NCBI GenBank assembly: GCA_049852185.1
Contig: CP187540.1
Strand: one strand, 5' to 3'
DNA: 64,000 bases
Origin: Methanocaldococcus sp. 28A
Lineage (GTDB): Archaea > AGJL01 > Methanococci > Methanococcales > Methanocaldococcaceae
Below the pieces are notes generated by a model that made no database searches, was not told the DNA's origin, and saw nothing but the letters and a program-made list of their open reading frames with translations. Every line of letters starts with the position of its first letter. Within the stretch, counting starts at the first letter, position 1. Of the stretch, positions 9,737 to 19,728 are shown one piece after another. The position numbers and the translations under genes are program-made.

Positions 9737-10357
9737 ATGCTAATTAAAAAAATTGAAGCACTAAAAAATTCACAGATTAAAGATATTATTGATAAAAGAA
9801 TCCAAGAATTTAAATCTTTTAAAAATAAATCCAATGAAGAATGGTTTAAAGAACTATGCTTTTGCATATTAACAGCTAATTTTACAGCTGAGGGTGGAAT
9901 AAAAATACAGAAAGAAATAGGGGATGGATTTTTAACACTTCCAAGAGAAGAGTTAGAAGAAAAATTAAAAAATTTGGGGCATAGATTTTATAGAAAAAGA
10001 GCAGAATATATTGTTTTAGCTCGAAGATTTAAAAATATCAAAGATATCGTTGAGAGTTTTGAAAATGAAAAGATAGCGAGAGAGTTTTTAGTGAGAAATA
10101 TAAAAGGGATTGGATACAAGGAAGCAAGCCACTTTTTGAGAAATGTTGGCTATGACGATATTGCCATAATTGACAGACATATACTAAGAGAGCTTTATGA
10201 AAACAACTACATTGATGAGATTCCAAAAACATTGAGTAGGAAAAAATATTTAAAAATTGAAAATATATTGAGAGCTATTGGAGAGGAGGTAGATTTAAAA
10301 CTCTCTGAATTAGATTTGTATATATGGTATTTAAGGACTGGAAAAGTTTTAAAGTGA
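9737..10357 (+). CDS. ogg: 8-oxoguanine DNA glycosylase/AP lyase (Ogg2)
   Basis: ELCFCILTAN, GIGYKEASHFLRN, IIDRH, C-terminal KVLK. Confidence 0.93.
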   Translation: MLIKKIEALKNSQIKDIIDKRIQEFKSFKNKSNEEWFKELCFCILTANFTAEGGIKIQKEIGDGFLTLPREELEEKLKNLGHRFYRKRAEYIVLARRFKNIKDIVESFENEKIAREFLVRNIKGIGYKEASHFLRNVGYDDIAIIDRHILRELYENNYIDEIPKTLSRKKYLKIENILRAIGEEVDLKLSELDLYIWYLRTGKVLK

Positions 10358-10361
10358 GATT

Positions 10362-10400
10362 ATGGTAAATGTTGAAAGAATTAGCATATCATTCTCTAAA
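10362..10400 (+). pseudogene. Orphan copy of the first 13 codons of the downstream NikR-like gene
   Basis: MVNVERISISFSK, 36/39 nt identical to 10489-10527; all 3 differences synonymous. Confidence 0.9.
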
Positions 10401-10465
10401 CCATAGGGCCTCGCCCTATTGGTATACTCGGGATGCGTTGATTAGCTTTAGCTAATCAACGCCTC
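10401..10465 (+). repeat. Double-hairpin element (Z cap hairpin + Y hairpin)
   Basis: ccatagggc-ctc-gccctattgg tatactcg ggatgcgttgattagc-ttta-gctaatcaacgcctc. Confidence 0.88.
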
Positions 10466-10488
10466 TTAAGTAGAGATAGGTGAAATAA

Positions 10489-10899
10489 ATGGTAAACGTT
10501 GAAAGAATTAGCATATCATTTTCAAAATTTCTTTTAAAAGAGATAGATGATGTTGTTAAAAAGAAGGGATATTCAAGTAGAAGTGAATTAATAAGAGACG
10601 CTGTGAGAAAACATATCCTAGAAAGTAACTCATTATTAGATAAAGAAGGAAACATTAGTGGGATAATTATTGTTGTCTATACACCAACAAAAGAGTCTAT
10701 GGAAAAAATGAGTAAGTTGTATTTTGAATATAACGATATAGTTAAATCATTAAATCAATCCTACATAACAACTTCATGTGGTAAAAATAAGAAGGTAGAG
10801 ATTTTTGTTGTTGAAGGGAATGCAAAGAGAATATCTGAATTTTACGATGGAATTTCAAAGATTGATGGAAAGATTTATGATAAAGTTATTGTATTCTAA
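10489..10899 (+). CDS. NikR-like ribbon-helix-helix regulator
   Basis: ERISIS...GYSSRSELIRDAVR RHH plus ACT-like C-domain; canonical His-rich Ni site not evident. Confidence 0.8.
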   Translation: MVNVERISISFSKFLLKEIDDVVKKKGYSSRSELIRDAVRKHILESNSLLDKEGNISGIIIVVYTPTKESMEKMSKLYFEYNDIVKSLNQSYITTSCGKNKKVEIFVVEGNAKRISEFYDGISKIDGKIYDKVIVF

Positions 10900-11062
10900 C
10901 GTAAGATAAATTAATAATAATTTGTAATAATTTGTCATTCAATTCTTTATTACCTTTTTATTGTTATTTCATAATAATTATAACAAATTTACATCAGTAA
11001 AGATATAATAATTATATCCATTTTGAGTTATATTTTGGCAAAAAAAGGTTTCTGGTTTCTCG

Positions 11063-11076
11063 GGAAATAGGTTTTC
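11063..11076 (+). promoter_or_regulatory. Possible NrpR operator upstream of nitrate transporter relic
   Basis: GGAA-ATAGGT-TTTC, one mismatch to GGAA-N6-TTCC. Confidence 0.4.
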
Positions 11077-11087
11077 TATTATTATAA

Positions 11088-11361
11088 ATGGGATAATAAT
11101 TATAAAAAGAAAGTCAGTATTATTGAAGCCCTTAAAAGTGGAGATATAAAAACATTGATTGCATCGTTATTATATTTTGATACAGGATTCCTGGTTTGGT
11201 TATTATTTGAACCTGCTTTAGGTTTATTTATTGCACAGGACCTGGGTTTATCACCTGCTGAGAAAGGATTTATGATTGCAGTTCCAATCCTCGCTGCGAC
11301 ACTATTTAGGATTCTTTTTGGTTACATTTACCAGGCAATAAATGGAAAATACATTGCAATG
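11088..11361 (+). pseudogene. narK: Truncated NarK/NasA-type MFS nitrate/nitrite transporter (N-terminal ~90 codons)
   Basis: LKSGDIKTLIASLLYFDTGFLVWLLF..LGLFIAQDLGLSPAEKGFMIAVPILAATLFRILFG resembles NasA N-terminus; ATG 11088 is out of frame by one G; truncated at a hairpin element. Confidence 0.8.
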
Positions 11362-11449
11362 AGGGCCCTCTATTGCTATACTCCTTAACACCTCTACTAA
11401 AGGAAGAGGAGTAAATTTTGGTTATACCAATAAGGGCGGAGCCCTATGG
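11358..11449. repeat. Composite hairpin element (degenerate Z + W-like hairpin + inverted Z)
   Basis: agggccctctattgctatac...aacacctctactaaaggaagaggagtaa...tataccaataagggcggagccctatgg. Confidence 0.7.
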
Positions 11450-11507
11450 TTCGAGACACCCCCGTATGCTTGCATTTTTTATTAATTAAAATAAAATTCT
11501 GTTCTTA

Positions 11508-12164
11508 TTATAAAACTCTTCCTCTAACTTTATTTATGTCAAATTTTGCTGTTTCTGCAATAGCCATAACTGCCAAAACTCCTGCTTGTAATGGGTCTCC
11601 AACAACTAAATCAGCTACTTTTGGAACAGAGCCAAACATCTTTAAGCTTATTACTGGAATACCTGTCTTTTCTTTCAACTCTTTAACTGCTTCAGTTATC
11701 TTTCCCCCCATTAGAGAGCCAGCTAAAACTAAAATCCCTACTCTTGGTAAGGTTGCTACAGCTCTAACAGCCTCATATAAATTTTCTTCACCTACAATAG
11801 GAAGAGTGTCAACGCTAATCCTTTCCCCTCTTATATTATGTCTATCTGCTTCACTTATAGCTCCTCTTGCAACTTCAGCAACTTGAGCTCCTCCACCAAT
11901 AATAATAACTCTCTTACCATAAATCTTTTTTAATGAGCTGTGAATCTCAAAGCTTTTTACATATTCACAGCTTTCTATTCTTTTTTTTAATTCATTAATA
12001 TCTTTAATTCCTTCAACTTCCATATAAATAAATCCAATTTTGCCATCATCTTTAATAAATTGTTGAGTATAAGTTATATTTCCACCCAATTCAGATAAAA
12101 TGCCAGTAAGTTTATGTAAAACTCCAACTTTATTCTCAGCCTCTATGCTTATTCCTATCTCCAT
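11508..12164 (-). CDS. ACT-domain protein (MJ1458/DUF5612-like)
   Basis: N-terminal ACT (ENKVGVLHKLTG), GGGAQVAEVARGAISEADRHNIRGERISVDT. Confidence 0.8.
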   Translation of the reverse strand: MEIGISIEAENKVGVLHKLTGILSELGGNITYTQQFIKDDGKIGFIYMEVEGIKDINELKKRIESCEYVKSFEIHSSLKKIYGKRVIIIGGGAQVAEVARGAISEADRHNIRGERISVDTLPIVGEENLYEAVRAVATLPRVGILVLAGSLMGGKITEAVKELKEKTGIPVISLKMFGSVPKVADLVVGDPLQAGVLAVMAIAETAKFDINKVRGRVL

Positions 12165-12173
12165 ACTCTCACA

Positions 12174-13457
12174 TTAAATTTTTCTAATTCTTCTTCTAAC
12201 AGCTTCAGCATGCCCCAACAATCCTTCAGCTTCAGCTAATGTGATAACAATATCAGCAATATTTTTTAAACTCTCCTTATCTAATTTTTGGAATGTTATT
12301 TTCTTTAAAAATGTCTCTACATTTAAACCAGAACTCATTCTTGCAAATTGTGAAGTTGGCAAAACATGGTTTGTTCCAGAAGCATAATCTCCAACAGGAA
12401 CTGGGCTATACTCACCTAAAAACACACTTCCAGCATGTTTAATTTTATTTAAAACTTCTTCTTGGTTTTTGGTTAATATTTCCAAATGCTCTGGGGCATA
12501 TTTATTTGAGAACTCAATACACTCTTCTAAATCACCAATCAATATGGCAGAGTTTTCCAAAGCTTTTAATATAATTTCTTTTCTTTCAGCTTTTTCTATC
12601 TCTTCAAATATTTTATTTTTAATTTCTTCTGCCTTCTTTTCAGATGTTGTGGTTATTATGCAAGAGGCATTAGGGTCGTGCTCAGCTTGGGCTATAAAAT
12701 CTAAAGCAACAAACTCTGCATTAGCTGTTTCATCAGCTATAATTAAAACTTCTGAAGGACCTGCTAAAAAATCTATTGCCACATCTCCATAAACCATTTT
12801 TTTGGCTGTTGTTACATATATATTTCCAGGACCTACAATAATATCAACTTTTGGAATAGTTTCTGTTCCATATGCTAAAGCTCCTATAGCTTGAACTCCT
12901 CCAACTTTAAAAATGGCATCAACTCCTACGATGTCTCCAGCTATCAATGTAGCTGGATTTCCCTTCCCTTCTTTTGTTGGTGGGGAAGTTATATATATTT
13001 CTTCACATCCAGCAACCTTTGCAGGGATTGTAGTCATTAAAACAGTTGAAGGATAAAATGCCCTTCCTCCAGGAACATAGCATCCAACTTTTTCTATTGC
13101 TCTAACGACCTGTCCTAAAATTATTCCGTTATTTTTAACCTCTAAGTCTTTAATTTGCTCCATTTGCTTTTTGTGGAAGAAGTAAATATTTTCCTTAGCT
13201 TTTTCTATTGCTTCAATAATTTTGTAATCTACTAAATTATATGCCTCTTTTATCTCCTCTTCACTAACTTTAAAATCTTCTATTTCAACACCATCAAACT
13301 TTTTTGTGTAATATTTTAAAGCTTCATCTCCCTTCTTTTTAACATCCTTCAAAATCTCCATTACTGTTGGTAAAATTTCTTCAAAGTTTGTTTTATTTCT
13401 ATTAATTATTTTTTCCTCCTCTTCCTTAGATAAATCCCTAATCTTTTTAATTATCAT
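12174..13457 (-). CDS. hisD: Histidinol dehydrogenase
   Basis: YVPGG, GPGNIYV, AGPSE, QAEHD, APEHL. Confidence 0.97.
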   Translation of the reverse strand: MIIKKIRDLSKEEEEKIINRNKTNFEEILPTVMEILKDVKKKGDEALKYYTKKFDGVEIEDFKVSEEEIKEAYNLVDYKIIEAIEKAKENIYFFHKKQMEQIKDLEVKNNGIILGQVVRAIEKVGCYVPGGRAFYPSTVLMTTIPAKVAGCEEIYITSPPTKEGKGNPATLIAGDIVGVDAIFKVGGVQAIGALAYGTETIPKVDIIVGPGNIYVTTAKKMVYGDVAIDFLAGPSEVLIIADETANAEFVALDFIAQAEHDPNASCIITTTSEKKAEEIKNKIFEEIEKAERKEIILKALENSAILIGDLEECIEFSNKYAPEHLEILTKNQEEVLNKIKHAGSVFLGEYSPVPVGDYASGTNHVLPTSQFARMSSGLNVETFLKKITFQKLDKESLKNIADIVITLAEAEGLLGHAEAVRRRIRKI

Positions 13458-13715
13458 AATTTATCACCAAATTTTGATTAACAAACTTTAAATAGGACTT
13501 TTACACTTTATATAATAATAAGGAAAATATAATGCCAAGAGCATCAATACTGTTCGAATGCAAGAGAACTGATTGAGGTTATAGGCTTCAAAGTTATAGA
13601 TATTTAAATTGCATTCAGACCGTTATACCTTTCAATATTTATTAGAGAAAGTTCTAATTTAATATATATTTAGTGCTTATAATATTTACTATTAAGAAAA
13701 ATTTAAGGTGAGAAG

Positions 13716-14630
13716 ATGATACTCTTTGAGTGGGGGACTTATAACGCTTTATCAACATTAAAACAGGCAGCATTATTAGGAACAAGAATTACAGAAATTC
13801 CACCAGCAGTGTTATCAAGAAGATTACCAACTGGATACTATGAGAGTTATAAAAAGTTAAGTAAGGAATATTTTACATCAATCTTAGCTCATGGCCCATA
13901 TTACAGCTTAACATCAGAGAAAGGGTTAAATGCTCATCTTTCAGCCATAGAAAAAGCTACACTATGTGGGGCTGAGATTTATAATTATCATCTTGGTAAA
14001 AGAGTGGGGGATGATTTGAACTACCACTTAGAAGTCTTAAAAAAATTCAGTGAAGTTAATAGTGAGATGATTTACTCTCCAGAGCCAGCGACAAATATTG
14101 GCGAGTTTGGAACATTGGATGAAGTTGAAGAGTTAGTAAAAGCAGCTAAAGAGGAAGATATAAAAGTCATTCCATCTTTGCAGTTAGAAAACATCTTCTT
14201 AAATGAATTAGGAGTTTATGAAAAGGATGATTTAGATGAAGCAGCAGAAAAGGCTGATGTTGATTGGGGGCTAAAAATCTTTAAAAGAATGGATAAAATA
14301 TCAGATTATATAATGCATTTCAGATTTTCACAGGTTATAGGGCTAAAATATGGAAAGAGATTTTATAAGAAAAGAGTTCCTTTAGGAAAAGGTTATCCTC
14401 CAATTGAACCATTAACTGAAGCTTTATCTATATACTTAGTTGAGAACGCTACAAGAGGGGGCTTTAAGAAAGTTCTATTTGTCTATACTGGATTGCCAGA
14501 GGTTAAGTATAGAGATTTAATTGATTTATATGCAATGATTATGAAGAAATCTGTAGATAAGTTAATGAGCAAAGAGAGCCAGGTTGAATATGGAGAGTTC
14601 TATAAGGTTATGAGTTCAGAGGAAGAATAA
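13716..14630 (+). CDS. Conserved hypothetical TIM-barrel protein (endonuclease IV/xylose isomerase-like)
   Basis: HGPYY, YHLG, EFGTLDE; RBS GGTGA. Confidence 0.6.
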   Translation: MILFEWGTYNALSTLKQAALLGTRITEIPPAVLSRRLPTGYYESYKKLSKEYFTSILAHGPYYSLTSEKGLNAHLSAIEKATLCGAEIYNYHLGKRVGDDLNYHLEVLKKFSEVNSEMIYSPEPATNIGEFGTLDEVEELVKAAKEEDIKVIPSLQLENIFLNELGVYEKDDLDEAAEKADVDWGLKIFKRMDKISDYIMHFRFSQVIGLKYGKRFYKKRVPLGKGYPPIEPLTEALSIYLVENATRGGFKKVLFVYTGLPEVKYRDLIDLYAMIMKKSVDKLMSKESQVEYGEFYKVMSSEEE

Positions 14631-14722
14631 ATTATAATCTATTTTTTATTTTTTTATTTTTAATTTTTATTTTTACACTTTATATTGGTGTTCTCATTTT
14701 TAAATAAAAAAAGGTAGAGAAT

Positions 14723-15391
14723 ATGATATGTTTGCCAGTAATTGAAAATAATGTGGAAGACGCAATAAAAACAGCTGAGAAGTATTTAGAAATAGTAGAT
14801 ATTGTTGAATTTAGGATAGATATGCTTAAAGAAGTTAGTGAAAATGATATAGAAAAATTTACCCAATATCCTTGCATAATAACAGTTAGAGCGGATTGGG
14901 AAGGGGGTTATTGGAAAAAATCTAATGAAGAAAGATTAAATCTAATAAAAAAGGCAATTGAATGTAATGCTAAATTTGTAGATATTGAGTTAAAAGAAGA
15001 GAAGAATAAAGAACTTGTAAAATTTAGAGATGAGATTGGTTCAAAAACACAAATTATAATTTCATATCATGATTTTGAAAAAACACCTTCAAAAGATAAA
15101 TTAATTGAGATAATTGAAAAAGCTCTTAGCATTGGAGATATAGCAAAATTTGCAGCTATGGCAAATAGTAAAGAAGATATTATCAATATTTTGGATGTGA
15201 TAAACAAATATTCAGGAAAAATTATTGGCATTGGAATGGGAGAAAAAGGAAAACTAACAAGAATCTTAGGGGTTTATTTTGGTTCAATATTAACCTTTGC
15301 CTCTTATAAAGGTAAAAGCTCAGCTCCTGGGCAGATTGATATTTACACTCTAAAAGAGATTTGGAAACTTATGGATTTAAAAGCATATTAA
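14723..15391 (+). CDS. aroD: Type I 3-dehydroquinate dehydratase
   Basis: [27 protein letters not shown]. Confidence 0.95.
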   Translation: MICLPVIENNVEDAIKTAEKYLEIVDIVEFRIDMLKEVSENDIEKFTQYPCIITVRADWEGGYWKKSNEERLNLIKKAIECNAKFVDIELKEEKNKELVKFRDEIGSKTQIIISYHDFEKTPSKDKLIEIIEKALSIGDIAKFAAMANSKEDIINILDVINKYSGKIIGIGMGEKGKLTRILGVYFGSILTFASYKGKSSAPGQIDIYTLKEIWKLMDLKAY

Positions 15392-15947
15392 GCATAGTTT
15401 CAGCCAATTGTTTATGCTCTTTATTGCCAACTTTTTTAATTATTGAAAAATATTTTTTCATATCTTCCAGCATATTTTTTTTCTCATTTTCATCAATTTT
15501 TATACTTTTATTTATTAATCTTGAGTAAATAACTGCCATCTCAACTAACAAGCCATCTGCTCTATTATATGGCTGTGGAATATTGTTTAAATATATTCTA
15601 TCTATTTCCTCTCCTTCTAAAATCATTAATTTATTTTTTCCAAATTTATCTTCTCTATCAACAAATTCTCTTTTTATAACTTTGTAAAGTATAACATAAT
15701 AAGAATTTTTTAAGTAAGGGATGTTGTTATAGTAAAGATATTCATCATTATCATCTAAAACTGCCTTTGTTATCTCTATTGGTGGAACTACATTAACTGA
15801 AAAATAATCTTCAGTTAAAAGATTTTCATAAGTATGAGAGCCAGAAAAAAGATGCATAATAACTTTTTTATCTTTAAAATAAACACCTATTGGAGCTTTG
15901 TTATCTTTATCATTTCTTCTTGTTGCTACAACCACTTCATTTATCAT
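15369..15947 (-). CDS. DUF447-family protein
   Basis: [22 protein letters not shown]. Confidence 0.7.
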   Translation of the reverse strand: MINEVVVATRRNDKDNKAPIGVYFKDKKVIMHLFSGSHTYENLLTEDYFSVNVVPPIEITKAVLDDNDEYLYYNNIPYLKNSYYVILYKVIKREFVDREDKFGKNKLMILEGEEIDRIYLNNIPQPYNRADGLLVEMAVIYSRLINKSIKIDENEKKNMLEDMKKYFSIIKKVGNKEHKQLAETMLNMLLNP

Positions 15948-16729
15948 AGATATCCCAAATTCACTTTTATACTCTCTAAATCTTTTCCTCTTCCATAAGA
16001 TAAATTTATCTTAACTTTTCCTTTATTTGCCTTTTTGTTTAATGGAATCACCAATGGAGGGTTTAGCATTGGTGTTTGCCCTGCAATATGTTTATCATCT
16101 AATATTGTATATGTCCTTAATTTTATTCCTAAGTTTTCACAGCTTTTTTCAAGCTCTAACTCTATATTATAGCTTACTTCAATAGGATTTATCTTATAGA
16201 AATTAACTTCCTCATAAATAATCTCTTCAGAAACTTCTTCTGATTTAATATCTTCATCATAATAGATATGGTTCATTTTTGCCTCTACAAGTTGTATAGT
16301 GGAGATTGCCTTAGCTGGAATAATCTTAGCATCTTCTTTTAAAAAACCTCTCTCTATTATTGAGTTCATAACCTTAACTTGTGGTTCAGTAATTAAAGCA
16401 GTGTCTAAAAGCTCGGCTATAACTACATCAGCTTTTTCTTTAAATTTGTATGTTGTAGCATCTCCTTCAATAATCTCAATGTTATTGAATCCATTAACTT
16501 TTATATTTTCCTTTGCGTAATCATATGTGAAACTATCTAACTCAATAGCATAAACCCTCTTAGCATTTTTTGCCGCAATCATCGCTAATATTGCAGAACC
16601 AGTCCCTAAATCAAAGACTACATCATCTTTATCTACAACCCTTTCTATAGCATTTTTAAAGATTGCTAATCTTTCATAATCAGTTAATAAAGAATAGTGC
16701 CACTGTGGGACTTTCAATTTTAGCATCAT
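15944..16729 (-). CDS. SAM-dependent methyltransferase (PRMT/PrmA-like)
   Basis: LLTDYERL, DLGTGSAILA, AELLDTALITEPQ. Confidence 0.8.
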   Translation of the reverse strand: MMLKLKVPQWHYSLLTDYERLAIFKNAIERVVDKDDVVFDLGTGSAILAMIAAKNAKRVYAIELDSFTYDYAKENIKVNGFNNIEIIEGDATTYKFKEKADVVIAELLDTALITEPQVKVMNSIIERGFLKEDAKIIPAKAISTIQLVEAKMNHIYYDEDIKSEEVSEEIIYEEVNFYKINPIEVSYNIELELEKSCENLGIKLRTYTILDDKHIAGQTPMLNPPLVIPLNKKANKGKVKINLSYGRGKDLESIKVNLGYL

Positions 16730-16890
16730 ATTCTCACATAAATTTATATAACATAATAATTTTATAATTGATAATTATCCATATAGTTCGAAATTGGACA
16801 TTGTCGGAAATATTAAACTGATAGTAATACCTGGTTGTGCATAATTTAGTGTATATCCATAGATAAAGAATAAAAGATATAATGATGGTT

Positions 16891-18450
16891 TTATGATTTT
16901 TCTTTTTTTGCTAATATTTTGTTGATTCCATCTATAACTGCTTCAACTGAAGCTCTAACTATGTCTTCACTTGCTGCTTTTGTAGTAATTTCTTTTCCAT
17001 ATCCTTCTAATGTTACAATAACCTCTGCCAATGCATCAGTTCCTCCGGTTATGGCGTTTATATGATACTCTTTAAGTTTAATTTTCTCTCCTATAGCTTT
17101 TTGTATTGCCTTAACAGCAGCATCTACTGGCCCAACACCAATAGCTGAACTTTTTTTAAGGTTTTCTTCAATCTTTAAAGCAACTGATGCTGTAGGAATT
17201 ACTTTATTTCCAGTCATAACTGCTATTTGCTCTAATTCAACAACTCTATCTTCTTTAGCTAACTTACCGACAACGTCTTCAACTATTGCTTCAACATCTC
17301 TATCAGTAACTCTCTTTCCTTTGTCTCCAAGGGCTTTAATTCTCTTAACTATCTCATCAAATTGCTCTTTATTTATGTCTTTACCTATCTCAATGCCAAG
17401 CTCTTTTAACTTTGCTTCAATTGCATGAGTTCCTGTATGCTTACCTAATATTATTTTTCTCTTCTGTCCAACTAATTCTGGAGGAATTGGTTCATAGGTT
17501 AATGCATGAGCTAAAACTCCATGGGCATGTATTCCACTTTCATGAGCAAAGGCATTTTCTCCAACAATTGCCTTATTTGGTTGAACCTTAATTTCAGTGT
17601 ATTTTGATACAAGTTGAGAAATTTCATAAAGTTTTTCAGTCTTAATTTTAGTTTTTATACCATAAATTGACATTAAGCTCATAACAACCTCTTCTAATGC
17701 CGCATTCCCACCTCTTTCCCCTAAACCATTTATTGTACAATGCACTTGCTCTGCTCCAGCTTCAACTGCAGCTAATGAATTAGCTACTGCTAATCCAAAA
17801 TCATTATGGCAATGAACTGATATTGGGACTTTTATTTCTTTTTTTATCTCATTTATTAAGTAATACATTGCCCTTGGAATCATAACACCAACAGTATCTG
17901 GGACATTGATAATATCTGCCCCAGCATCAACTGCCTTTTTATAAACCTCTATTAAATAATCAAGCTCTGTTCTTGTGGCATCTTCTGCAGAAAACTCTAC
18001 TCTAATTCCATGTTCCTTTATATATTCAATAGCATTAATTGCTATGTCAATAATTTCTTCCTTAGATTTCTTTAATTTGTATTTTCTATGCAATGGGGAT
18101 GTTGCTATAAATGTGTGTATTCTATCTACACCACAATCAATAGCCACGTCAATATCTTTTTTAACAGCTCTTGCCAATCCACAAATCTCAGCATTTAAAT
18201 TTAATGAGCAGATTTTTTTAATAGCCTCTTGCTCACCTAAGGAAGAAACAGGGAATCCAGCTTCAATAACATCAACACCTAAATCATCTAACTTTATAGC
18301 AATTTCTATCTTTTCTTCTGGAGTTAATGAAACTCCTGGAGTTTGCTCACCATCTCTAAGTGTTGTATCAAAAATATAAACTCTATTTGGAATATCTATG
18401 TTTTCAAGAGCCTTTTTGATAATTTCGTTCTCTTCTTTATAAATTATCAT
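16891..18450 (-). CDS. leuA: 2-isopropylmalate synthase
   Basis: [23 protein letters not shown]-terminal regulatory domain. Confidence 0.88.
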   Translation of the reverse strand: MIIYKEENEIIKKALENIDIPNRVYIFDTTLRDGEQTPGVSLTPEEKIEIAIKLDDLGVDVIEAGFPVSSLGEQEAIKKICSLNLNAEICGLARAVKKDIDVAIDCGVDRIHTFIATSPLHRKYKLKKSKEEIIDIAINAIEYIKEHGIRVEFSAEDATRTELDYLIEVYKKAVDAGADIINVPDTVGVMIPRAMYYLINEIKKEIKVPISVHCHNDFGLAVANSLAAVEAGAEQVHCTINGLGERGGNAALEEVVMSLMSIYGIKTKIKTEKLYEISQLVSKYTEIKVQPNKAIVGENAFAHESGIHAHGVLAHALTYEPIPPELVGQKRKIILGKHTGTHAIEAKLKELGIEIGKDINKEQFDEIVKRIKALGDKGKRVTDRDVEAIVEDVVGKLAKEDRVVELEQIAVMTGNKVIPTASVALKIEENLKKSSAIGVGPVDAAVKAIQKAIGEKIKLKEYHINAITGGTDALAEVIVTLEGYGKEITTKAASEDIVRASVEAVIDGINKILAKKEKS

Positions 18451-18510
18451 AATCCCACCAAAAACTTTATTATCATATTTTACCTATTCGATGAGATATT
18501 ATAAAAATTT

Positions 18511-19620
18511 TTATAGAAAAATTTTTTCTATGAAGCTATAGACTCTAAACGATATTAGCATCCCAGATATTAATAGAGAAAGTAATGAGATGATTTTTAT
18601 TTTTCCTGAAGATTCTTTGAACACAGCCAAATAAAGCAAAAAATAAGCTATTAGTGTAAAGAACATGCTTATATCCACCAATGTTTTTGCATCAAAAATT
18701 AATAGAATTATAACTAATAGAGTATTTAAGATAACTCCATAATGTGGAATTTCTTTTCTCAATTTTGTAAATATTTGAGGAAATATTTTATCCCTTCCCA
18801 TCCCATAAGGCATATAAGATAATGTAAATAAAACGCTAAACGCACAGCTTGATATAATAATCAATACTCCAACAAACAAAAATAAGTTATCCCCGATTAA
18901 TATCCTTAATATCTCATTCAAGTTGTTTGTTTTTACATTTAAAGATATTACAGTTAAAGAAAATAATAAATAAAGAATTCCAATAATAAAAGTTCCTATT
19001 AATAGCCCATAAGCTATAGCTTTTTGATTTTTAAATGCAGATAATGGCATTGTTATGCCTTCCCAGCCAGTAGCTGCCCATAATCCAAAATAAATTGTTA
19101 GAATAGTATTTTTTAAATTAAACTCTCCAATGCTACCAATTTTTATGCCGTTTGAAAATACTATATACAAAATAATCGTTATCGTTAAAATCCCAAAGAT
19201 TCTGACAAAGTTTCCTACAATTTTTAAACCACACAATATTAAAGCTGTTAAAACAATAATTAAGAGCAATCCAACATAAGGAACATTAAATACTGTATTA
19301 AAAATTATCTCAAAGAATGACACAACTCCAGATAGGGCAAAAACTCCAGAGAGCCACAATATATAAGCTGAAAAAACTCCAATCACTCTCCCTAAAATTT
19401 TCATTACAAACTTATAAACTCCTCCACTTTCACTAATCTTTGTTGAAGCATAAGCAAAAGGAGAAGCCATAATTAAAGATACAAATATTAGTAGAATCCA
19501 ACCCCATACTATAGATTTCCCAAACATCATATATGTCAAAGGAGATAAAACAAAAATCCCTCCACCAACAATAGAAGTTATTGTTAAAAATACAGCATCT
19601 TTAAGAGTTAAATGTCCCAT
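18511..19620 (-). CDS. APC-family amino acid permease
   Basis: IVGGGIF, SGGVY, GWE; many TM segments. Confidence 0.8.
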   Translation of the reverse strand: MGHLTLKDAVFLTITSIVGGGIFVLSPLTYMMFGKSIVWGWILLIFVSLIMASPFAYASTKISESGGVYKFVMKILGRVIGVFSAYILWLSGVFALSGVVSFFEIIFNTVFNVPYVGLLLIIVLTALILCGLKIVGNFVRIFGILTITIILYIVFSNGIKIGSIGEFNLKNTILTIYFGLWAATGWEGITMPLSAFKNQKAIAYGLLIGTFIIGILYLLFSLTVISLNVKTNNLNEILRILIGDNLFLFVGVLIIISSCAFSVLFTLSYMPYGMGRDKIFPQIFTKLRKEIPHYGVILNTLLVIILLIFDAKTLVDISMFFTLIAYFLLYLAVFKESSGKIKIISLLSLLISGMLISFRVYSFIEKIFL

Positions 19621-19728
19621 AACTAACACCAATTATTGTTAATAAATATTTAATGTATAGCTTAAAGCAAAAATATTTAATACATTCTTTTATAATTATC
19701 TTTATTCAAAAGTTGATTGAGGGATAAG

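Noticed and set aside
11446-11886. 146-aa plus-strand ORF starting in the hairpin element
   Set aside because: It is antisense to the conserved ACT-domain gene and its ATG comes from the Z hairpin.
13532-13576. Short ORF MPRASILFECKRTD sharing ILFE with the start of the next gene (MILFEW)
   Set aside because: Only four codons match and there is no hairpin element, so it is probably chance and is not counted as a recoded duplication.
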